From an uncultured Candidatus Saccharibacteria bacterium (GTDB lineage: Bacteria > Patescibacteriota > Minisyncoccia > Phycocordibacterales > PALSA-1337): 64,000 nucleotides of DNA. Made by a program: the position numbers and the translations under genes. A model generated the notes under the pieces. The model had not been told where the DNA came from. It saw nothing but the letters and a program-made list of their open reading frames with translations, and ran no database searches. Shown one piece after another: positions 56,977-64,000 of this stretch (positions are counted from its first letter, which is position 1; every line of letters starts with the position of its first letter). Location of the stretch: contig CAZHHB010000003.1 of the NCBI GenBank assembly GCA_964532285.1, positions 3,626 to 67,625 on the forward strand. Reading direction: 5' to 3'.

Positions 56977-57678
56977 TCATATATGATAAACCTTTTCAAA
57001 ACCACAGTTCGGATAATCACAGTGACGCTCCTCGTGTCTCAAGGCAGGGTAGGAGCCACGAACAATCTTTTGAGTAGTGTCGAAGATCTCACAGTAGCGA
57101 CGTTGAATAAGGAACATTGAGGGAACAGAGATCGAACTGGCAAACTTTTTCTTATCCTCATTGTAGGAACGAGGATCTAACTCACGAGAGAGACATACGC
57201 CCCATATACGCTCTACAGGAGGCCTTGTGGCACTTGGCCGGGGAGAACCAACAATCTTTCGAATCTCATAGAGGAAATTCGTCAGTCGACGGAATGATTT
57301 ATCAACTTGAGCAAAGTCCTGAGCAGATCCGTATACTTCTATTCCACACTTAGCACCTTGCGTAAGCCACTTACGGACATCGAGAGATAAATCTTGCCAC
57401 TGATGACTATCAAAGTAATTTCCGACTTCATCGATAATGACATCGCATTGTTCATACTTCACCAGATCATCCAGATTTTCCCAGTACATGATCGGGACTT
57501 TCATTTCTTCTACCGCCCATTTATAGAACTCTTCTGAAAAACGTAGATTCGAAACTATTGGCCGAACGACACCGCTTGTCTGTAACCACTTGGAGTTTCG
57601 ATATACAAGCTTCACACACATCATGGCGAGCCTTAAAGACTTACCGGATGATTCAAGACCTGAGTAGATTATTTTCAT
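56977..57678 (-). CDS. Zot-like P-loop NTPase (inovirus pI-type assembly ATPase)
   Basis: Walker A GLESSGKS near N-terminus, Walker B VIIDE; position next to pVI-like gene. Confidence 0.5.
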   Translation of the reverse strand: MKIIYSGLESSGKSLRLAMMCVKLVYRNSKWLQTSGVVRPIVSNLRFSEEFYKWAVEEMKVPIMYWENLDDLVKYEQCDVIIDEVGNYFDSHQWQDLSLDVRKWLTQGAKCGIEVYGSAQDFAQVDKSFRRLTNFLYEIRKIVGSPRPSATRPPVERIWGVCLSRELDPRSYNEDKKKFASSISVPSMFLIQRRYCEIFDTTQKIVRGSYPALRHEERHCDYPNCGFEKVYHI

Positions 57679-57704
57679 TTTATATTTATGTTATTTGTTA
57701 ATAA

Positions 57705-57971
57705 TTAACTGCCTGACTGATTACCGCGTAGGACAGAGACGACCCACTTCAACGCTTGCCATCCCCATATCGCAATATGGAACGTTAAGACAGTGCCCAC
57801 GCAGATAAACAATGTGTCGATCGGAAGAAGAAAATTCCATGCCTTCATATAACCGATGATCAGAGAAATCGACGATGCGATAACAGGGGAGAGTGCACCG
57901 GCCACAGGTAAAATATTCAGGACGACAATGAACAGACCGAGGAATAGAATGAAGAAGATTGCAAATGTCAT
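57705..57971 (-). CDS. Small multi-TM membrane protein (pVI-like position)
   Basis: Three hydrophobic helices; overlaps upstream gene by 4 nt. Confidence 0.35.
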   Translation of the reverse strand: MTFAIFFILFLGLFIVVLNILPVAGALSPVIASSISLIIGYMKAWNFLLPIDTLFICVGTVLTFHIAIWGWQALKWVVSVLRGNQSGS

Positions 57972-59377
57972 AGAAGTTTTCGATTCCTTGCCTCATGGAA
58001 CAGATACCATGCAGTCAAGAAATAAGTTACTGCGACCATTAATCCTCGTAAGAGACCAACATACGAGGGTGTTAAAAAATATCCGATCGTAGACGTGGAA
58101 AACATGTCTATCTTGATTGTCGTTGTAGCGGTAGCTACACCGGATATTCCGAACTTCACCGGAAACTTAACCGAGAAGGATCCGGAGGGAATGGCTGAGG
58201 CGGAGGTGGAACCATTAACAGCATTATAAATTACCGATGAAATTTGGAATACATAAGCGAAAGGAACTTTTGTAGCGAGAAGATTAGGAACATTAACAAA
58301 CGAGAGCATATCTGTAGAAGTCGGAAGAGAATTATTCCCAAAATTCGCACCAGTAAAAGGATTATTGTTGATACCCCCTGCGACAATTGTCGAAGAAGTA
58401 GCCACAGTAGTGGTAGTAGTAGAAGTAAGCAGAGCAGGAGCCACCCCGGAACCGGTAAATGGATCATACCCGCAAGTGGATTGATAGAGTTGAGCATTGA
58501 ACTGTTGATTTGGAGTTAACGAGTAAGTTGTTGAGGTCGCACCAACGGAAACGCTAGAGTCTATAATATCGAATGTGAAATTGAAGGCGCCGGAAGTAGT
58601 GGCATAGATAGGAGCGGTCGTGATAGGGAAGACACCATGCAGAGAAAGTTGTCGATGAGATTCAAGGCCAGTGTTCTGCCAGACATCAAGATACTGAGAA
58701 GCACACGCCGTTGTTGAAGCTGTCCATGTACCGCTGACATTGAATGTACCGGCAGCAGGATTGAGAGTGGTAGAGGTAACGGCGGGAGTATAAGTCTGAC
58801 CGTATTGATCAGTAACTATAAAATACGCGTCATTTATTGTAGAACAAGTACCCGTAGAGCCATTCATAGTGCCTGTACCAGTAAGACACTGACCATTCGC
58901 ATACGTATTAGCTACTGAACCATAAAGCTTAACTGTTATGAATTGCCCCCAAGATCCAATACCTACATAGAGATACTTACCAGCAGTAATTACAGTGGTT
59001 GTGGAATATGTAAGATACTGAAGATAGTCATTGCTACCTAAACTGTCTTGACCACCGCCTAAATTTCCGGCGGTCGACAAAAGGGTATAGTTAATACACT
59101 GCGACATATCCGTAACCAAGTTGTCACAAGTAATCGCGCGGATGCCGCCACCACCAGAATATGTAGAATTGTAACGAATCGAAACCCTACCCAAAGTAAA
59201 TGTTGAAGAAACCTGACCCAGAGACTGCAAGAAGAAACGTGATTGACCAGAACCAATACCATAAGTAGCGCCAGAGCTATAATCAGTTTGCTGATACAGA
59301 GTGGCCGCATTAGCTGACCTTGATCCCAAAAAGACCAAAGAGAGCAGAAAGAGGGAAGTGTAGATTATTTTCTTCAT
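57968..59377 (-). CDS. Secreted Ser/Thr/Gly-rich protein (pIII-like adsorption protein position)
   Basis: Signal peptide MKKIIYTSLFLLSLVFLGSRSANA; low-complexity T/S/G-rich body; C-terminal hydrophobic anchor. Confidence 0.45.
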   Translation of the reverse strand: MKKIIYTSLFLLSLVFLGSRSANAATLYQQTDYSSGATYGIGSGQSRFFLQSLGQVSSTFTLGRVSIRYNSTYSGGGGIRAITCDNLVTDMSQCINYTLLSTAGNLGGGQDSLGSNDYLQYLTYSTTTVITAGKYLYVGIGSWGQFITVKLYGSVANTYANGQCLTGTGTMNGSTGTCSTINDAYFIVTDQYGQTYTPAVTSTTLNPAAGTFNVSGTWTASTTACASQYLDVWQNTGLESHRQLSLHGVFPITTAPIYATTSGAFNFTFDIIDSSVSVGATSTTYSLTPNQQFNAQLYQSTCGYDPFTGSGVAPALLTSTTTTTVATSSTIVAGGINNNPFTGANFGNNSLPTSTDMLSFVNVPNLLATKVPFAYVFQISSVIYNAVNGSTSASAIPSGSFSVKFPVKFGISGVATATTTIKIDMFSTSTIGYFLTPSYVGLLRGLMVAVTYFLTAWYLFHEARNRKLL

Positions 59378-59644
59378 GAGATAAGGTTAAAACTAATAAT
59401 TCTGATTGTTCCTCGCATGCCACATAGGAATGATGTGATTTTTGAAATTTATTCTGTAAAGGGGATTCGCCTGTTGTTTATCGCAAGAAAAATTTAACGC
59501 AAATTTTTCTTGCTCGGGGAACTCACCCCTTGACAGAACAAATTCTCAAAAATACTGATCCTCATATGGCATGCGAGGGACGCCCGCATACCAGGTGTAG
59601 TCGGCGGCTCGGAGCTTCGCAATTCCGAGTCCGCCGACCTACAT

Positions 59645-59953
59645 CTAGAACTTCCTGCCAGTGATGTAGTGCTTGAACTTCCTGATACCCCAGCCGAGAC
59701 CCAATAGGGCAGCCAAGAGACCAAGAATCGCGCCAACTACAGCTCCAATGATCACAGCGACGTCACCGACGAGGCTATTGACCAAGGTAGGCGCTGTCGT
59801 AGTTCCAAAGGTATCCGCAAACGCATACGAACAGGTTGCGATTACTCCGGTAACAACTCCAACGACACCAGCAAGCTTGTACTTCAATTTTGAAATCATA
59901 TTTGCTTGAATTAATTTTAATAATGCTGATCTGGTGCCGGTGCCGAAACACAC
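59645..59953 (-). CDS. Major coat protein-like (pVIII-like)
   Basis: Signal peptide ending AFA, acidic N-terminus (DTFGTT), hydrophobic core, basic C-terminus RKFKHYITGRKF; start probably internal (MISKLKYK). Confidence 0.5.
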   Translation of the reverse strand: MCFGTGTRSALLKLIQANMISKLKYKLAGVVGVVTGVIATCSYAFADTFGTTTAPTLVNSLVGDVAVIIGAVVGAILGLLAALLGLGWGIRKFKHYITGRKF

Positions 59954-60267
59954 GACCCATTAATGTATCGACCTGGAGTGCGAACTCCGAACGCTCCCTC
60001 AAACGAATCTACTAAAATTTGAGAGAGCTCTCGGAACTAACAACTATGATCTCCACCAAAAGAGTAATAATGACCAAACTAGCCCCACAGCTATGCCATA
60101 GCCACTGCAATATCCGAAAAATAGAACTACATCGAGGTTAGACATATCGGTTAATGGTCTCGCATAATGAACCACTTAAATATCGTCAAGGGCACCATGA
60201 AATAGAGTGGTATGAACCAGATCTGCATGAACTCTTGAGGTATTGCGAGATAATCCATGGATTAGAT

Positions 60268-60480
60268 TTAAGATTTTCTAAACAGCCAAATGATAAAGAT
60301 CATGGAGGCCATAGCTACCCCAAAACCGTATGCGAACAGAAGGGGAGTGAGATCGACACTGACAGTGCTCGTACCGACCGATGAGCAAGAAGATTCTGAA
60401 AACTGGAAGAACTCTCCGGATACCGGGGCAGTGTCTTGACCGTTTAATGGAACCGAATATGTGCAGTTTTCAGTTATCAT
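60268..60480 (-). CDS. Small coat-like membrane protein
   Basis: C-terminal TM + basic tail (MASMIFIIWLFRKS). Confidence 0.3.
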   Translation of the reverse strand: MITENCTYSVPLNGQDTAPVSGEFFQFSESSCSSVGTSTVSVDLTPLLFAYGFGVAMASMIFIIWLFRKS

Positions 60481-60484
60481 AGAT

Positions 60485-60667
60485 TTACTTTATGGTCGGC
60501 AACTTGTCCTCGGGATTTAGTGCTTCTTCGAAGATGTGTTTCCAGAAATAGAAAACGGTAGGATCGTTAGCGAAGTAAGCACAGAGCATAAATATCAAGG
60601 AATCGGGCACGACGTTCTTATTGATTGCAAGTGATTTGTTGTTCACTTTGATGTGTATGTTTTTCAC
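60485..60667 (-). CDS. Small hypothetical phage protein
   Basis: ORF in module. Confidence 0.2.
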   Translation of the reverse strand: MKNIHIKVNNKSLAINKNVVPDSLIFMLCAYFANDPTVFYFWKHIFEEALNPEDKLPTIK

Positions 60668-60763
60668 GTTATTATTTTATTTTTTTGTTACGATGTTGCG
60701 ATGTATACATGAGCCGCCAAGGAAGTAAGCTTGGAAACTCATGATGAAAGGGAATAGGTGCGA

Positions 60764-60997
60764 CTAGAGAGGTCTGACGGCGACGATCTTGAGCGAAGCC
60801 AGGCGGTTGCTGCCGGAGACGATGTCTATGTCGGCTTCAACGTCTTGATCGAGCAGGTTTGCAATATTGCCAACCTTGTTGCGATCGAGCTTGAACTTCA
60901 AAATCTTGCCGTTATAACGAGCTTGGATATTGGAGTACTTGACCCCTTGATATTCACCCTCGTTAAATTCGAACAAAGCCAATTTGATTGTTTGCAT
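60764..60997 (-). CDS. Small protein at head of phage module (possible ssDNA-binding gV analogue)
   Basis: 77 aa, position and size only. Confidence 0.2.
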   Translation of the reverse strand: MQTIKLALFEFNEGEYQGVKYSNIQARYNGKILKFKLDRNKVGNIANLLDQDVEADIDIVSGSNRLASLKIVAVRPL

Positions 60998-61226
60998 GTA
61001 GCGTTTGGATTAGAAAATCGCCCGTGATCTCCCGTGCAGGGAAATATCACAGACGATTCTGTTTTGTTTATAAACGACCTTTAATGTTGGTAGGGAGGCC
61101 CTTACTAGCCGGGCTTTGCTCTCAACACTCTGGGTCTATTGTATGTCGCACAATATATCTTTTTGCATTATGTATACCTGATAAAGGAGCCCTTATATTG
61201 ATATAGGCGTTGACCTAGGTGGATAC

Positions 61227-61532
61227 TTACTCAAAGATGCTACCGGAGTCTGTCGTACTGGATGTTTTATCCTTCAGTAGAGTGTTTATGGCGGGTTTCC
61301 ATATGAGTGGTACGAATACATCACTCCAAATGTAATTTACGGGCTTCTTGAGATAAGAATTCCATACAGTGATCGCATTGCCACTAACAAATGACCAATT
61401 GTCCTGAAATGTCGGTGAAGCTACGATGCCACGAATGTTCAGACCTAGGTAGGAGATGATCAAAAGAACAACGATGAAGATCATGATTGACTTCACCAGT
61501 CCCCTGTTTGTGTTTGTATAGGGAAGTCCCAT
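61227..61532 (-). CDS. Small membrane protein
   Basis: N-terminal TM MIFIVVLLIISYLGL. Confidence 0.3.
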   Translation of the reverse strand: MGLPYTNTNRGLVKSIMIFIVVLLIISYLGLNIRGIVASPTFQDNWSFVSGNAITVWNSYLKKPVNYIWSDVFVPLIWKPAINTLLKDKTSSTTDSGSIFE

Positions 61533-61568
61533 ATATTTAATAACATTATTTTAACATAAATAAGTATT

Positions 61569-62825
61569 TTACAAATACGATAATGGATTCAAATAGGCAT
61601 TGAGTGCGGCATATGGAATGGTTATTCCAGAACAAGAGACGCTGTTCGTCGTTCGGAAACCCTTCGTCACATACAGACCGAGATGCAAGTGCGGACCAGT
61701 AGTAAAACCACTATTACCACTATATCCGATTGTCTGACCAGTGGATACTTTGTCGCCGATATTCATTGAATTGAGTGATAGGTGCGCGTAAAGTGTGGTC
61801 AGACCATTCGGATGACTTATAGAAACCCAATTACCGTACCCACACTTGATTGTCGAATTTGTATTGATAACATTTGTTATAACTCCGGATGCCATAGCCT
61901 TAACTGGTGTTCCTCTTGACGCTGCGAAATCAACTCCATTATGTTCACCGCTTGAGCCCTTGTAGACTTGTGGATTTTTTGCGGCGAAAGAAGTGTTGCC
62001 GAAATATTGTGTGATACGAATTGCGTCGAGCGGATAACTGAAAATGCGCGTTCCTGGTTTTGGAATACTATTGGGATCGATGGCGATCTTTAGGGCGGAT
62101 TCGAGAGCATCCACTTCCCTCTCGAAAGCTTCTTTTTGTTGTTGGCGAGTTTTTAATAATTGGTTGTAGTTCGCTTGATTATTCTTCGTTTCTTTCAGAA
62201 GATCATTATTTTCTTTTGTGGTCTCTGTTATGACTTTCTTCTGATCAGATAACTGTTTCTTGAGTGTCATCAGCTCAGCCTGGGCTTTTTCGGTCTTGCC
62301 CTTATTTGTTTCCAGACTGGTCTTCACGGCATTCAGAGAATTTATGCGATCATACAAGCCATTTTGTAGAATAGCTATACTGTTCAACGCATCCCATGTT
62401 TCGGCGATGGACTTATTACCCAGGACAATGCCAGGTAATGATTTCTGGTCTTCAACATACATAGTGTTGAAAGTTCTTGCGATGATACGTTTGTTGTCTT
62501 CAATGTTCCCTTCTTTGGCGGTGATTTGTTTGCCCAACTGTTGGACTTCTAGATTCTTCGCGGATATTTTGTCTTCTGTCAATGAAATATTTGCTTCAAG
62601 TTTCTTACGTGTCAGATCTAAGGACTTGATGGTTGCGGAAAGAGATACCGCCTGTGATCCTAGGGCATCTATCTGAGCTTGGTAATTCTTTATCTCTTTC
62701 TCAAGATTTTCTATAGTTTGATTCCTGGCATTTATCTTGGCTTGGATTTCATCGGCTGTTTGAGCATTTGTAAGTATTGGAAGAATGAGAAATATTATCA
62801 AGATTATTTTTATAGGATTTTTCAT
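61569..62825 (-). CDS. M23 family metallopeptidase with N-terminal coiled coil (EnvC-like)
   Basis: Signal peptide, long coiled-coil, then M23 motifs HNGVDFAA ... HLHLG. Confidence 0.75.
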   Translation of the reverse strand: MKNPIKIILIIFLILPILTNAQTADEIQAKINARNQTIENLEKEIKNYQAQIDALGSQAVSLSATIKSLDLTRKKLEANISLTEDKISAKNLEVQQLGKQITAKEGNIEDNKRIIARTFNTMYVEDQKSLPGIVLGNKSIAETWDALNSIAILQNGLYDRINSLNAVKTSLETNKGKTEKAQAELMTLKKQLSDQKKVITETTKENNDLLKETKNNQANYNQLLKTRQQQKEAFEREVDALESALKIAIDPNSIPKPGTRIFSYPLDAIRITQYFGNTSFAAKNPQVYKGSSGEHNGVDFAASRGTPVKAMASGVITNVINTNSTIKCGYGNWVSISHPNGLTTLYAHLSLNSMNIGDKVSTGQTIGYSGNSGFTTGPHLHLGLYVTKGFRTTNSVSCSGITIPYAALNAYLNPLSYL

Positions 62826-62839
62826 TCATTTTTTGTAGT

Positions 62840-64000
62840 TTACGCTAATTTTTGCAGAGCATTATCTATACGCTTCAACGACTCTTCTTTACCAAGTATA
62901 AACGCACAAGTGAATGGATCAGGAGACCTATCTTGTCCAGTTAGAGCCATACGCAATGGCCAGAGGACATCGCCCTTACCATTTGCTTCAACATAATCCC
63001 AGATGGCTCCTTTTATAAAATCAGTCAGGAAAGAGTCTTCGGACAGGGCTTCTAATAATTGGCGAACTTGGGTGAGGTGAGAATGTGCTGTCTCTGCAAC
63101 GGGATTTTTCTTCCAAAGGAGATGGTCCGATCTGTAATCATGTGTTTTGTGAACAAAACCCAATTCTCCGTCGGCCGTCAAAAGAGTCGAGATATCTTTT
63201 AGGGTTATTATTTTCTCTCGCAGGGTAGGTAGTAAGCGTTTGAAAATATCTGATGATGTGATCATCCATTCAGGTACAAATATGGAAGCATGAGCCGTTA
63301 GGTCTTCATCTGATGATTTAGAAATATATTGGTGGTTATACCAATTTAATTTCTCTATGCTGAATATGGCTCCAGCCTTCTGGACTTTTTCCAGATCAAA
63401 TATTTTGACGAGTTCAGACAAAGAGAAGATCTCTTGTTCTCCGCCAGGATTCCATCCTAGGAAAGCTAGGTAGTTCAGTATGGCTTCTGGTAAATAGCCG
63501 TTTTCTATATAGTCGGTCAAAGCCGTGGCACCCTGGCGTTTGGAGAGCTTGGATCTGTCTGGGGCCAATATCATGGGTATATGCCCATATATAGGCCTAG
63601 GAGCGCCGATGGCTTCTTGGATGAGGATTTGTCTGGGAGTATTGGATAAGTGTTCCTCGGCACGGATAACATGCGTGATCATCATCTCAAAATCATCTAC
63701 TACATTTGCAAAATGATAGATTGGTTCTTCTAGAGATTTTGCAATTACAAAATCTCCCAATTCGGTAGTATTGAACTTTACTTCTCCACGAATGAGGTCA
63801 GAGAAGATAACTTCTTTGTTTGGATTTCTGAGGCGTATAACTTCAGCCCTCTCCCCTTCTGCGACATCTTTTTCTTTGGAGATAAAAGCCCTGTCTTCAG
63901 CTAGGAGTTTTTCAATATATTTTTTATAAATAGCAGTCCTCTCGGATTGGCGTATCAAGCGCTCATTATCCCAAAGTAATCCAACCTTTTTGAAGCCTTC
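62840..64000 (-). CDS. gltX: Glutamyl-tRNA synthetase, C-terminal ~385 aa (N-terminus with HIGH motif lies beyond window end)
   Basis: KLSKRQGA (KMSKS-type), class I catalytic core and anticodon-binding region; frame stays open to nt 64000. Confidence 0.85.
   Translation of the reverse strand, partial: EGFKKVGLLWDNERLIRQSERTAIYKKYIEKLLAEDRAFISKEKDVAEGERAEVIRLRNPNKEVIFSDLIRGEVKFNTTELGDFVIAKSLEEPIYHFANVVDDFEMMITHVIRAEEHLSNTPRQILIQEAIGAPRPIYGHIPMILAPDRSKLSKRQGATALTDYIENGYLPEAILNYLAFLGWNPGGEQEIFSLSELVKIFDLEKVQKAGAIFSIEKLNWYNHQYISKSSDEDLTAHASIFVPEWMITSSDIFKRLLPTLREKIITLKDISTLLTADGELGFVHKTHDYRSDHLLWKKNPVAETAHSHLTQVRQLLEALSEDSFLTDFIKGAIWDYVEANGKGDVLWPLRMALTGQDRSPDPFTCAFILGKEESLKRIDNALQKLA

Larger units (their letters stand above)
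55012..61230 (-). mobile_element. Inovirus-like (filamentous ssDNA phage) prophage/integrative element
   Basis: Contiguous minus-strand module: small proteins, major-coat-like, pIII-like secreted Ser/Thr-rich, pVI-like membrane, Zot-like P-loop ATPase, HUH Rep, tyrosine integrase; boundaries approximate. Confidence 0.55.

Noticed and set aside
60154-60384. Plus-strand 76-aa ORF in the prophage
   Set aside because: All other phage genes are on the minus strand; it overlaps a minus-strand coat-like ORF with sensible TM/basic-tail architecture
61030-61046. Possible attR core (tcccgtgcaggg shares an inverted 9-mer cctgcacgg with the 200-bp repeat end)
   Set aside because: Only 9 nt, inverted orientation, expected by chance; prophage right boundary left undefined

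Overview
Low-GC (~40%) bacterial chromosomal window with dense small genes and little Shine-Dalgarno signal, consistent with a CPR/Patescibacteria-like genome (inference). Core genes found: rnc, rnr (RNase R), cysS, rplI, rpmA, lexA, a partial gltX, an ABC-F ATPase, an HrpB-like DEAH helicase, a CtpA-type S41 protease, pentose-phosphate enzymes (6PGDH, 6-phosphogluconolactonase) and a cupin-type PGI. Region 0.2-9 kb is a run of nucleotide-pool and phosphohydrolase genes: five Nudix, two HD, MazG, two nucleoside 2-deoxyribosyltransferase-like, SET, and SAM methyltransferases. Region 12.6-21.6 kb holds a ~1000-aa sigma-70 with duplicated region 1.1, two sigma region-4 helix-turn-helix units and two DnaA-domain-IV-like HTH modules; a stand-alone DnaA-IV-like protein lies next to it, with rnc further downstream, and two tandem paralogous XPB/ResIII-like SF2 helicases with different C-terminal repeat arrays are transcribed divergently from it. 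Region 46.4-55.2 kb contains two ~3.2-kb cassettes, each carrying a different restriction-modification system (Dcm m5C MTase + putative REase; N4/N6 MTase + putative REase). Each cassette is bounded by a perfect 38-bp hairpin repeat and a ~200-bp repeat (~90% identical); two extra SAM MTases sit between the cassettes and a tyrosine recombinase sits at the distal end. Region 55.2-61.2 kb is an inovirus-like (filamentous ssDNA phage) prophage on the minus strand: HUH rolling-circle Rep, Zot-like assembly ATPase, pVI-like, pIII-like, major-coat-like and small proteins. Other signals: a textbook SOS promoter with a GAAC-N4-GTTC LexA box driving a small ORF plus lexA; a family of CCAAGrTCCGAyCTTGG palindromes; and a recurrent CCCAsACGGCyAGCAA motif upstream of several genes at 3.5-6.8 kb. 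No rRNA, tRNA or CRISPR array could be supported.
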